NCBI GenBank assembly: GCA_021108295.1 | Contig: JAIORF010000102.1 | Location: forward strand, 110,027 to 174,026 | Length of the DNA: 64,000 nucleotides | Origin: a bacterium | GTDB taxonomy: Bacteria; Patescibacteriota; Dojkabacteria; SC72 | Direction of reading: 5' to 3' | Shown here: positions 49,620 to 59,112 of the stretch, piece after piece | Layout: every line of letters begins with the position of its first letter | How positions within the stretch are numbered: position 1 is the stretch's first letter | The notes under the pieces: generated by a model | Databases searched by the model: none | The model's input: only the letters and a program-made list of their open reading frames with translations | What the model was told of the DNA's origin: nothing | Position numbers and translations under genes: made by a program

Positions 49620-50114
49620 ATGGCAAAACCAACTAAGTATGCTCCCCATATTTGTACAGTAGTCACTATATTAGCTGTTATAGGGATTGTGATAGGTCTT
49701 TTAACTCATGAGACTCTTGTCATAGTTATTCTTCTTTTACCTGCGGCAATCTATGAGGTGTATAGGACAGAGGGAAAGTCTACTAAGGCATCTTCATATC
49801 TTTTGTTAGGGGTGTTAATAGCTGAGATCTTACTTCTTTTGTTTAAGATAGATATTAATCTTGCTGATTATTTTGGTGTAGATTCGAAAGATATAGGTGG
49901 GTATGTTGTTCCATTGGGAGATATAAAGATAGTGGGATCATCTCTTATGGCAATTCTTTCAGTAATTCTTTTCTTAAAGACTCATGGTAAATATACTAAG
50001 TGGTTGGCAGTAACAATTTTTATTACTTCTTTTGGAATAATATATTCTATAGATCCAGATGTTTTTAGAGAGTTGTTTAAGTATGCAGTAGAGCAAGGAG
50101 TAGATAAGATTTAG
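49620..50114 (+). CDS. Hypothetical 4-TM membrane protein
   Basis: 164 aa with four hydrophobic helices. Confidence 0.45.
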   Translation: MAKPTKYAPHICTVVTILAVIGIVIGLLTHETLVIVILLLPAAIYEVYRTEGKSTKASSYLLLGVLIAEILLLLFKIDINLADYFGVDSKDIGGYVVPLGDIKIVGSSLMAILSVILFLKTHGKYTKWLAVTIFITSFGIIYSIDPDVFRELFKYAVEQGVDKI

Positions 50115-50132
50115 TTGTGTGTAAATAGTCTT

Positions 50133-50582
50133 CTATTTATATTGTTCTGATGTTAAATATCCCTTAAGAACAGAGATGTCGTCCTCTAGGATATGAATAA
50201 ACATATGCTTTATGTTACAGTTTTTCTTATATATTAAGTCCCCCACTTTGTATATGCTCCAATTACAAAAAGATGTCGTATATTTATGATTTATATCAAT
50301 ACTTTCATAACCGTTTATAGGAAAATATAAGGGGAAGTTTTCTATACCATCTTTCTCAATATGTCCTTTGTTAAATCTATTAACCCCCTTTGTTTCAAAT
50401 ACTGATTTCTTGTTTGCTTTAGCAATACCTAAGATCAAGTCATAATTGCCTGTTTCTATCTTCTTTTTAAAAATATGTATGTCCTTCTTAAAATTCTTAA
50501 ATACAAAGATCTCTTTAGATAATGACTTTAATTCTTCTTGCCAAGGAAAAGTCCTGAAGGTATAGATTAAGATGTTCTTCAT
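50133..50582 (-). CDS. Pyroglutamyl-peptidase I (C15)-like protein, short
   Basis: ILIYTFRTFPW (VLVTGFEPF-like), VFETKGVN (catalytic Glu region), SFCNWSIY (GxxCN catalytic Cys), HMFIHI (catalytic His). Confidence 0.45.
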   Translation of the reverse strand: MKNILIYTFRTFPWQEELKSLSKEIFVFKNFKKDIHIFKKKIETGNYDLILGIAKANKKSVFETKGVNRFNKGHIEKDGIENFPLYFPINGYESIDINHKYTTSFCNWSIYKVGDLIYKKNCNIKHMFIHILEDDISVLKGYLTSEQYK

Positions 50583-50656
50583 AATCTAAGTATATATGAA
50601 ATTGACGGAATGGTGGATGATCTTATTAAGATATGGAGCAAAAAGTTTGTTGAAGA

Positions 50657-51634
50657 TTAGCCCTTCCAAGATTTAAATTCTCTCCCTATCCTTTTCATAC
50701 TATAAAACTTCCCTTTATTATCAGTAGGCTTCTTCAATATCCCCTTGCATACCGATTCTATTGGACAATTTGTGTTCTTCTCTCCATTACCCTTACTACA
50801 ACCTTGGCTACCAATTAGCCATAAAGATTCAGAGATTTCTTTCATATTCCAACCAAATTCCCTGCTTAATTCCTGAAATAAAGGAAGGAGAATCTTATAT
50901 GATAAATTGTGGGAGTGGATTTCATCTCCTATCTCTACAATTCCTGTCTGAATGGCAATTCTTGATAATTGGAAATCTATTGGAAGGCCAAAATCATTTA
51001 ACCCTTCTAAATCATAGAGATTATATCTACCAACCCATTGGAGATATAATGCTGCAAGTTTTGGTCCTAATCTATGGAATTCTTTCTGAGCTCTTTTTGC
51101 TCTTGGTGCTACATACAATGCTTTCCATACCTCTTCTGCATTATTATTATGTTTTATAAAGAAGTTTCTTATATCGCCATCATAATTTCGTGTGAGTATT
51201 GAACAGTTGTGATACCAGCTGTTTAAGCTGTTTTTCTGGTATCCTAAGGGTCTTAAATATTCTAGACAAGCTTCGAGGGTGTCGTCTTCTCCATTTCTTA
51301 GAACTTCTTCAGGAGAGAATATCCAAGAATGGCTTTCGAAGAGATAAGAATTCTTAAGAAGTCTATCAAAGAAGACAGAGGTTCTTGTGCTGTATATTGT
51401 TGTAGAGAGTAGTAGTAGACTGTTCAGTAAATATTTGTCATTTACGTCTTTTTCTATTAGAAAGTTTATGTAACTTTCTTCTGGCTGATTTTTGTCTTTG
51501 AAGAATTTACTTTCGGGATTGTTATATTCGGCGAGTGCAAGTTGAATAACTTCTATTGCTCTCTCTTCGTTCACGATACAATTAAGTTCGTTGTTGATAG
51601 GTTCTTTTTCAGACATTACACTAGGATTCGACAT
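50657..51634 (-). CDS. HhH-GPD superfamily DNA glycosylase-like protein
   Basis: HhH element HRLGPKLAALYLQWVG followed by an LPIDFQLSRIAIQTGIV Asp loop; C-terminal Cys cluster CSKGNGEKNTNCPIESVC (3 Cys). Confidence 0.4.
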   Translation of the reverse strand: MSNPSVMSEKEPINNELNCIVNEERAIEVIQLALAEYNNPESKFFKDKNQPEESYINFLIEKDVNDKYLLNSLLLLSTTIYSTRTSVFFDRLLKNSYLFESHSWIFSPEEVLRNGEDDTLEACLEYLRPLGYQKNSLNSWYHNCSILTRNYDGDIRNFFIKHNNNAEEVWKALYVAPRAKRAQKEFHRLGPKLAALYLQWVGRYNLYDLEGLNDFGLPIDFQLSRIAIQTGIVEIGDEIHSHNLSYKILLPLFQELSREFGWNMKEISESLWLIGSQGCSKGNGEKNTNCPIESVCKGILKKPTDNKGKFYSMKRIGREFKSWKG

Positions 51635-51796
51635 CTTGTAGTATATGACTATATTGTGTGAATGGCAATATATGGAGAGAATGGTGGGCGATATTAAATA
51701 GCATGGAACTTAAGAAGAGAATGACATTTCTCTTAGATTTCTAAATGTCTTTTAGATTTGTTGAATTTGTAGTTGGGAATACACTACTAGTTTTGC

Positions 51797-52795
51797 TTGA
51801 CAGATCTCATTGTTATAGGTTATTATCCCTCCATGGCTGAATCTGAGACTAAATCTGAAGAAGGATTATCAAGGGGAGAATTTCTCAAAGTACTAGGTGT
51901 AACAGCTACTGCTGCACTCGTAGGTGGCTGCGTAGCCGATATGGACTTACCTTCTACTTCTACAACTCCATCACCTTTTCCTCCAACCGAGACACCGCCA
52001 CCAGTGACTCCAACCCCCACACCAACTGAAACATTAGCTCCATCTGAAACGCCTGATGTATGGGAATTGTCACTTTCTCAGCGGATTGAATTAATGAAAG
52101 ACCTCGAGTTTTATTCAGATTTACACGATGGAAATACTAGGAAAATTCTTACGTTTCAATTGGATAAGGAGGAGTACCTAGGACACCCTACTAGAATACT
52201 TGATCATGACAACTGCTGTGGAGAGGCAACTTTAGCTACTATTATAAAGATGTGCGAGTATTTAAATACGTCTAAAGTTCCAGATATTACCATTGCTGAT
52301 ATTCATATCGCACTTGAAGGGAAGACCTTCACAGATATAAGGGGTTACACTGCCAAATATATTGTCTGGAATGATGCAATGTATTTTGTTGGACTTCCCG
52401 ATGCTCTGAAGACCTTAGCCCCAGAGCTCATTTCGAAAACTGAGTTTTTGACGCCCGACTATGGTGCCAGATATCCAAGAATTGTTCCCCAGTCGGAATG
52501 GCCTGATATGCTTTCAAGAGCACAAGCTCTTTGTGAAGATGGTGGATTTGTAATAATTGGTGGTATGAAATATCGTGCTGGCCATATTATGCTTGGCACG
52601 GATATTAAAGAAGACGGTACGGCCATAATAGTGGAGCCACGTTGTAGAATAGCCCAAAGAGTCCTTCTTAAAGACTATTTTGAAGAGTGGGTGGACTATA
52701 GGGCTGCATCCCTGGGGAGACAACCTGCGCTTCTACATATGTTTGGTATTACCCCGAAACTGAATGTTCCAGTTAAGCCTGGATTACAAAGATAA
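51797..52795 (+). CDS. Lipoprotein with PT-rich linker and C39-like cysteine peptidase domain
   Basis: Twin-Arg-like SRGEFLK + LVGGC lipobox, PT linker, DHDNCCGEATLATII (C39-like DCGxAxL) and RAGHIML. Confidence 0.45.
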   Translation: MTDLIVIGYYPSMAESETKSEEGLSRGEFLKVLGVTATAALVGGCVADMDLPSTSTTPSPFPPTETPPPVTPTPTPTETLAPSETPDVWELSLSQRIELMKDLEFYSDLHDGNTRKILTFQLDKEEYLGHPTRILDHDNCCGEATLATIIKMCEYLNTSKVPDITIADIHIALEGKTFTDIRGYTAKYIVWNDAMYFVGLPDALKTLAPELISKTEFLTPDYGARYPRIVPQSEWPDMLSRAQALCEDGGFVIIGGMKYRAGHIMLGTDIKEDGTAIIVEPRCRIAQRVLLKDYFEEWVDYRAASLGRQPALLHMFGITPKLNVPVKPGLQR

Positions 52796-52897
52796 GTTCT
52801 ATCTTCAAGTATTTCAGTCTTTGATAATCCTTTGTAGCGCTATCTGTGGAGGAGGACGTAGTCAGTGTTAGCCTAATTTCCGCTTAAGTTTTCAAAA

Positions 52898-52974
52898 TGG
52901 TGGGCGATACGGGACTCGAACCTGTGACCTCCACAATGTCAATGTGACGCTCTAACCAGCTGAGCTAATCGCCC
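52898..52974 (-). tRNA. tRNA-Val (anticodon GAC), CCA encoded
   Basis: Reverse complement folds as a cloverleaf: acceptor GGGCGAU/AUCGCCC, D-arm GCUC-AGCUGGUUA-GAGC, anticodon loop UUGACAU, T-loop UUCGAGU, discriminator A + CCA. Confidence 0.85.
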
Positions 52975-52988
52975 CTAAACAAAATATT

Positions 52989-53567
52989 CTATCTCTTTCT
53001 AATAACCTTGTCTATTAAACCATAAGCCTTAGCCTCTTTTGCAGTAAAATACTTATCCCTATCAGCATCCCTCTCTATCTGAGCAACACTCTGCCCTGTA
53101 CCCTTCGCTAAAATCTTGTTTAATGCACCCTTAAGCTTAAGAATCTCCTCTGCCTCTATCGCTATATCAGAAGCCTGCCCCTCTACGCCACCCAAAGGCT
53201 GATGAATGAGGATCTTACTATTCGGAAGTGAAAAACGCTTACCCTTTGTACCAGATGTAAGAAGTATGGAGGCCATAGAAGCAGCCATACCAACTGCGAT
53301 AGTGGAAATATCACACTTAATGTAACTCATGGTATCCAAAATTGCTAAACCAGCAGAAATCTTACCCCCAGGAGAATTAATAAACATTTGGATATCCTCC
53401 TTCTCATTCTCCTTCTCTAAAAACAGTAACTGAGCTACTACAATATTAGCTAACTCATCACTGATAGTACCAGTTACGAATATAATTCTGTCTTTTAGTA
53501 ATCTAGAATAAAGATCGTAAGCTCTATCTCCATCTCTCTCCTTTTCAATTACTGTAGGTATTAACAT
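52989..53567 (-). CDS. clpP: ATP-dependent Clp protease proteolytic subunit
   Basis: [25 protein letters not shown]; catalytic Ser in GMAASMAS, His and Asp present. Confidence 0.95.
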   Translation of the reverse strand: MLIPTVIEKERDGDRAYDLYSRLLKDRIIFVTGTISDELANIVVAQLLFLEKENEKEDIQMFINSPGGKISAGLAILDTMSYIKCDISTIAVGMAASMASILLTSGTKGKRFSLPNSKILIHQPLGGVEGQASDIAIEAEEILKLKGALNKILAKGTGQSVAQIERDADRDKYFTAKEAKAYGLIDKVIRKR

Positions 53568-53569
53568 TC

Positions 53570-54616
53570 CTATTTCTCCTCCTTATTTAAAAACTCCTTA
53601 CCAAGAGTATGAAGTATAAACTTCTTGAAAGCCTTCTCCTTCCTCTCTACCCTCTGTACATACTCCAACCACTGCTCATTATCAAATATAGATTGATCAA
53701 CATCAGGTTGAGTCTTCTTAATTACCTCTATTTTCTTATCAATATCCTCCTTCTCTACCTTAATATCTTTAGTATCTGCATACAAAGTTAGAAATACATC
53801 ACTTTCTAGAGCCTCTTTTGCATCCTTAAGCCATGCTTCCCTCATCTGCTCCATATCGATACCACTCTGTTTGATAAAATCCTCTACCTTGACACCCCTC
53901 TGTTGCATATCCTGTTCAAAAGCTTTCTCCCTTTCTTTTGCTTCAAACTCTATAGCAGCTTGTGGGACTTTGATATCAGAAAGATTAATAGCTTGCTTAA
54001 GTGCATTCTCCTGATAGCTCTGCATCAACATCTGCTCTTTTTGTGTAGTAAGAATTCTCTCTATTTCTTTTTTAAGATCCTCTAAACTCTTTATATCCTT
54101 TAACTCTAATTTCTTAGCAATCTCCTTTGCCCAACTATCACAAATACTCTTAGCCTTTGTCTCATTGTTGGTCTTAAGCTCTTTAATAGCTTGATCAACA
54201 TCCTTTTGCTCTATCTCTACTGTTTCTTTCTCAACCTTAACCTTCTTCATATTACCTAACTTAAACTTAGGCATAATTGTGGTTTCAACCTTGAATTCTA
54301 AATCATCCTTACCATCAAACTTAGGCAATTCTGAATATTTTGGAGGAGCAATTAGCTCTATCTTCTCTTTTTGAATTGCGGTATTGATATACATAGGAGC
54401 AAGTTTCTCAAAAGTATCAAACTGAAGCATAGACTTCATAGAAGGTTCAAGTAGGTCTGTAGGAACTTTCCCTTTTCTAAAACCCTTTACATTACTATCC
54501 TTAGTCTGATCTTTTAGTACTGCGTTGTATGACTTATCAAAACTCTCTCTTGGGACTGATATTGTAAGAACTATTGTATCCTCCCCCTTATCTTCTCTGG
54601 TGTACATATCTGACAT
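53570..54616 (-). CDS. tig: Trigger factor lacking a recognisable FKBP PPIase domain
   Basis: N-terminal ribosome-binding signature GFRKGKVP, helical C-terminal arms; 348 aa; upstream of clpP as usual. Confidence 0.75.
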   Translation of the reverse strand: MSDMYTREDKGEDTIVLTISVPRESFDKSYNAVLKDQTKDSNVKGFRKGKVPTDLLEPSMKSMLQFDTFEKLAPMYINTAIQKEKIELIAPPKYSELPKFDGKDDLEFKVETTIMPKFKLGNMKKVKVEKETVEIEQKDVDQAIKELKTNNETKAKSICDSWAKEIAKKLELKDIKSLEDLKKEIERILTTQKEQMLMQSYQENALKQAINLSDIKVPQAAIEFEAKEREKAFEQDMQQRGVKVEDFIKQSGIDMEQMREAWLKDAKEALESDVFLTLYADTKDIKVEKEDIDKKIEVIKKTQPDVDQSIFDNEQWLEYVQRVERKEKAFKKFILHTLGKEFLNKEEK

Positions 54617-54647
54617 ATTAACTTGTATTCAATTTAGACTATGAATT

Positions 54648-55358
54648 CTACGTTTTTTGGTACAATTTGTCCAGTTTCCCAATTACAACAAGTCTTTGGT
54701 GGGATGTCCAAAGAGGAGTACATGTAATTAGGGTTACTCTGTAATCAGAACTGTCTTGGATTACAGAAATGTCATTTTTCTCTACAATCTTAACTTCAGA
54801 TACAATGTAGTTGTACTCATTACCATCTTGATTGAAGAAAAGAGTATCCCCTTTCCTTACCTTGTCTAAGTTAAAGAAGGTGTCCTTTGCAGGAGGAATA
54901 AAGAGGTATCTATGGGAGATTATTACTACATTCCCTTTCTGTCCAGGATATTTAGAGGTTGGAAAGTGCCAGAAGCCTTTGTCTAATATGTTTGAATCGC
55001 TACCTTGGAAGATGTCTCCCTCTACATCTATAGACTCTATTTTAAGTGTTGTGTTTAATTCTTCCAAGATCAAATCTATATCCCCTACTTCATCGAGATA
55101 TTCTTCAATGCTTGTGTCTTCTACTAAGATTTGAGAATTACCCAAGATTTGTTCCTTTGTAGGAGCTACTGTTGTAAGTAGTGAAAAGTACATGTCGTAT
55201 GTATATCTTTTTATATCTATTCTCTTAAAAGTACCAATGAGTGTGTTGTAGTTTGGGAGGATTAGAAGGTATGAAATTGGTACGAAAAGTAGTAGCAAAA
55301 GAATTATTGTTATGAGATATCGGTAAATTTGTTTTATCATAGTAAGGTATTCTATCAA
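54648..55358 (-). CDS. Sortase family transpeptidase
   Basis: N-terminal TM anchor, catalytic His in VVIISHRY, catalytic Cys in VTLITCTP (TLxTC), Arg in QRLVV. Confidence 0.8.
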   Translation of the reverse strand: MIEYLTMIKQIYRYLITIILLLLLFVPISYLLILPNYNTLIGTFKRIDIKRYTYDMYFSLLTTVAPTKEQILGNSQILVEDTSIEEYLDEVGDIDLILEELNTTLKIESIDVEGDIFQGSDSNILDKGFWHFPTSKYPGQKGNVVIISHRYLFIPPAKDTFFNLDKVRKGDTLFFNQDGNEYNYIVSEVKIVEKNDISVIQDSSDYRVTLITCTPLWTSHQRLVVIGKLDKLYQKT

Positions 55359-55432
55359 TTATTTGAAAAGACTTGAACTGTTTTGCAAAATGGATTATTC
55401 TAGAGAAGTATATAAATTAAATTATAGGTTAG

Positions 55433-56389
55433 ATGGCTAAAAAGAAATCTACCAAAAAAGGTAATAATAGTGTGAATAAAGAAACAGGTAAAAGTATGAA
55501 GCAGAAGGTGCAGCTTATAGCTGCAAGTGGTAATGACAAAGCTTCAAGGATTGTAGGTACCATATTTATCGGTCTGGGTGTACTTCTTGTTGCTTTCGGT
55601 GTGTACTCATTCATTCAATTTAGATCAGATCCAGTATTTGAAGAAACTTTTGTCACTCCATCATTGGAATATGTAACGGAATTGACTAATGGTAGTGAGG
55701 TAATGGTTAAGGGTGAGGCTCTAGATTACGATAGTATTGCAATATTTGTTAATGATGAGAAGATAGATGAGGTTAAGGTTGTTGATGGTATATTTGAATA
55801 TACATATGAGGTTGAGGATGAGGGAGAGTTTGCAATATCAGTAGCAGGACTTAAAGGTTTTCCAATTAGGAAGATTAGTGTTAGAAGTGTAGAGTTTGTT
55901 GCAATTGTAGACAAGAGTGCTCCTAGTAGTGAAGAGGTAGAGCTTGTGTATGGTGGTGAGACTAACAGAGATTCTTTTAGGATGACTGGTAATGTAGAAC
56001 CTAATTCTACAGTTGAAATTAAGAGGGGTGTAGAGGTATATACTTCACTTGCAGATGGAGAGGGATATTTTGAAATATTAGATATTGTACTCGATGCTGG
56101 TAAGAATGTTTTCAGCATATCAGTTACTGATAGTGCTGGTAATATGACTACATTGGATGAGAAAGTAAGGGTTGAATATTCAGTTGATGGTAGTGTAAAT
56201 GGGAATGCAGTAGCAGATCAATACACAGAGGACAGTGGTAGGGCTGTAGCAGGTACTGGGGACACAATTCCACAGGCTGCAGGAGAGTTAGATATTCGAT
56301 TAGCAAGAACTTTGATGTTAGTTTTCGGATTAGCAGCTATCTTTGTATTTAGTGGTAGTTCTGTGTATGCTTTTTCGAAGAGAGAGTAA
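55433..56389 (+). CDS. Ig-like-domain surface protein with C-terminal sorting-signal-like tripartite tail
   Basis: N-terminal signal-anchor, Big-like beta domains, C-terminus ...TGDTIPQAAGE + TM helix + SKRE; divergent from the sortase gene. Confidence 0.5.
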   Translation: MAKKKSTKKGNNSVNKETGKSMKQKVQLIAASGNDKASRIVGTIFIGLGVLLVAFGVYSFIQFRSDPVFEETFVTPSLEYVTELTNGSEVMVKGEALDYDSIAIFVNDEKIDEVKVVDGIFEYTYEVEDEGEFAISVAGLKGFPIRKISVRSVEFVAIVDKSAPSSEEVELVYGGETNRDSFRMTGNVEPNSTVEIKRGVEVYTSLADGEGYFEILDIVLDAGKNVFSISVTDSAGNMTTLDEKVRVEYSVDGSVNGNAVADQYTEDSGRAVAGTGDTIPQAAGELDIRLARTLMLVFGLAAIFVFSGSSVYAFSKRE

Positions 56390-56418
56390 TCTTTAGATGC
56401 TAAAGGTTAGTTGTAACT

Positions 56419-56440
56419 GGGGAGTTTTTACTCCCCTTTT
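56419..56440 (+). terminator. Rho-independent terminator
   Basis: GGGGAGT-TTTT-ACTCCCC followed by TTTT. Confidence 0.6.
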
Positions 56441-56514
56441 ACTTGCATCTTTAAATATTAAACGCTAATATCTATTAACACTTTGTCCTAGTTAATTTAA
56501 CTGCCTAGCGTTGG

Positions 56515-59085
56515 ATGAGTAAATCACAAACAAAAAACCGTGTATACTTCTGGGAAGATTTTAGTGCAAAGAATTTGAGAGAAACTTCCGTAGGTAGAAA
56601 GGGGTTAAGTCTCTTCAAGCTTAAAGATATGGATATACCGGTACCTGAATTCTTCGTCATCTCCCCTACTGTGTTTAAGGATATGCTGTTTGAGAGTTTG
56701 GATAGGGATATAGACAAGCTAACGCACAAGGGTAGAAATCCTGAAGAAGATGAGATTGAAAAGAGTATACTTAAAACTAATCTTAAAGAAGACCTCATTG
56801 ATCAAATACGAACTGCATACACTCGAATATCTGGCTTTACAGACGCATGGGTATCCGTAAGATCTTCAGTAGTGTTCCCTTCTAAACCAGAAGTTTCCTT
56901 TAGTGGAGTTTTCTCTACAGAACTTAATGTTAGACATATGGATCAATTGATAGATGCTGTTAAGCATACCTATGCATCGGTATTCACAGATGATGTTGTC
57001 ATGTATTGTGCAAGAAAAGGAATTGATCTTTCAGAGGTTAAGCTAGCAGTTGTTGTACAAAGAATGGTACAGGCAGAGGTCTCAGGCGTGGTATTTACAG
57101 TAGATCCAATTACTCAAGACAAAACAAGGGTAAGTATAGAGGCTGTATATGGATTGGGAGATGTAATTGCTACAGGAGAGATTACTCCAGATACATATGT
57201 TCTTAACAAAAAGGATCTAACTACGATTGAAAAACATATATCTCCACAAGAGTGGATGAGAGTTAGAACAGTTGGTGTAGGTAAGAAGAAGAGCGCTGTA
57301 GAGAAGATTTCCATATCCCAAGCCTGGAGTCATAGGCAGAAGGTTGAGGAGAAGTATTTACAGGAAGTGTCAAAGATTGCATTGGTGATTGAGAACAAGT
57401 CAAGAGAGCATCAGAGTATAGAGTGGGTACAGGCTGGAGGTAGAATTTGGGTATTGCAAAGCAAGTCTTTAAGTGAGATGTTTATACAGCCAGAAGTAGT
57501 AGTAGTTAGGGAGGATAGGGATACTATAGGTGAGGTTGTGAATTCCTTTGTAGGTAGGTATAGGGATGTGGACAGTATAGAGGAGAAGGCTTTTGATGGT
57601 GCTAAGAAGTTAGTACAAAAGCAGAAACACGAGTTTGATGGTCATGTAGAAAAGCTAATTAATATTGCAAAGACTGTAGACAAGAATAGTAGTGAAACAG
57701 AGACAAGGGTACAAACAAGAGAAGATTTTTTACTCTCTGGAATAGGTGCTAGCTTTGGTACTGTGACAGGTAAAGTCTTGATTGTAGACGATGGAAGAAA
57801 AGAGATTAAGGTGACTAAAAATGATGTTCTTGTTATTAAATCCTACGCCTATGAAATGGAATCGATGATACTTAGTGCTGGTGCAGTTGTTACAGATACT
57901 GGGGGTCTAACTAGTGATATTGCTATCATTTGTCGAGAATTTAGAATCCCTGCTGTGGTTGGTGCAGTCAACGCTTCTAGTACTCTCAAACAGGGAGACT
58001 TAGTACGAGTTGATGGTAATGTCGGTAGTGTATACAAAGAAACAGACCCAAGTATTAGCAATGGTTTTAAGGAAGAAAAAGTACATCCAGTAGTTGCTGC
58101 TTACAGTGAGGAAAATCTTTCAGGTATTGATCTCTTGAATGAGAAGAAGAAAAAAGAGCCAAAGAGTGAAGAGAAAGAATTAGATGAGAGTATTCCAGTT
58201 GACTCTACTCTTTCCCCTAGTGCCACAAAGGTTTTTGTACAGCCTGTACTCAAGTTAGAAGAAATTAGAAAGTATGTGGGTAATTCTCATGGTATGGTGT
58301 TTGTTGATATGGATAGGATAATGATTGAACAGGGAAGACATCTTCTTGCCTATGTTGAAGATAAGAAATTTGTGGAGTATGCAAAATTAATCTCAGAAAA
58401 GATTTGTGAGTATGTAGATCTTTCTCAGGGTAATGAGGTTGTAGTAAGTATTGGTTCTAGCACAGTTGGAGAGTTTAGAGAGATTACTAAGGGTAAGTCT
58501 ATGGAGAAATCTGATATCCCTGATGACCAGTTTGGATTACAACACTATGTTTCTAATGGGGACTTGTTGAAACGTACCCTTAAGATTGTGAAAAGGGTGA
58601 GAGATGTTTACAAAAAGCGTAATGTAAGTCTTGCAGTACACGCCCCTATGAGTGGGGATCTTATGAGAGTATTTAAAAAGAATCTCTCAAGTGTTGGTCT
58701 TAGAAGAAGTTCTACTTTTAAAGTGTACGCTATTATTGATAATCCTGCAGAGGTAATATTAGTAGACGATATCATAGAGGCTAAGATAGATGGGGTAATC
58801 CTAAATATGCCAAGATTGGCAAGGCAGATGCAGGGCTTGGGTAGAGATGATGTGAAGGCTAAGTATTCCCTTTCTACCAATAGTATGCTTAAGATGGTAA
58901 GTAATGTGATAGATATTTTGAAACCATTCAAGGCAGTAGTTACGGTAATCTGTGAAGAGGACAAGCAACTTGTTAGTGAGTGTGTCAAAAATGGTGTATA
59001 TGGGATTAGTGTAAAGCCTGAAATTGTTAAAGATGTTCGTAAGCTTGTAGCAAAGGAAGAAGCAAAGTTGATTATGGGTAAGTAG
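56515..59085 (+). CDS. PEP-utilising enzyme family protein (PEP synthase / pyruvate,water dikinase-like) with phospho-His replaced by Asp
   Basis: N-terminal PPDK_N-like ATP-grasp region, mobile domain motif GGLTSDIAIICREFRIPAVVG (canonical GGxTSHAAIxARExGIPxVVG), C-terminal TIM-barrel-like region. Confidence 0.7.
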   Translation: MSKSQTKNRVYFWEDFSAKNLRETSVGRKGLSLFKLKDMDIPVPEFFVISPTVFKDMLFESLDRDIDKLTHKGRNPEEDEIEKSILKTNLKEDLIDQIRTAYTRISGFTDAWVSVRSSVVFPSKPEVSFSGVFSTELNVRHMDQLIDAVKHTYASVFTDDVVMYCARKGIDLSEVKLAVVVQRMVQAEVSGVVFTVDPITQDKTRVSIEAVYGLGDVIATGEITPDTYVLNKKDLTTIEKHISPQEWMRVRTVGVGKKKSAVEKISISQAWSHRQKVEEKYLQEVSKIALVIENKSREHQSIEWVQAGGRIWVLQSKSLSEMFIQPEVVVVREDRDTIGEVVNSFVGRYRDVDSIEEKAFDGAKKLVQKQKHEFDGHVEKLINIAKTVDKNSSETETRVQTREDFLLSGIGASFGTVTGKVLIVDDGRKEIKVTKNDVLVIKSYAYEMESMILSAGAVVTDTGGLTSDIAIICREFRIPAVVGAVNASSTLKQGDLVRVDGNVGSVYKETDPSISNGFKEEKVHPVVAAYSEENLSGIDLLNEKKKKEPKSEEKELDESIPVDSTLSPSATKVFVQPVLKLEEIRKYVGNSHGMVFVDMDRIMIEQGRHLLAYVEDKKFVEYAKLISEKICEYVDLSQGNEVVVSIGSSTVGEFREITKGKSMEKSDIPDDQFGLQHYVSNGDLLKRTLKIVKRVRDVYKKRNVSLAVHAPMSGDLMRVFKKNLSSVGLRRSSTFKVYAIIDNPAEVILVDDIIEAKIDGVILNMPRLARQMQGLGRDDVKAKYSLSTNSMLKMVSNVIDILKPFKAVVTVICEEDKQLVSECVKNGVYGISVKPEIVKDVRKLVAKEEAKLIMGK

Positions 59086-59112
59086 CTTTTTTCTATGATA
59101 TAATCCAGAACC

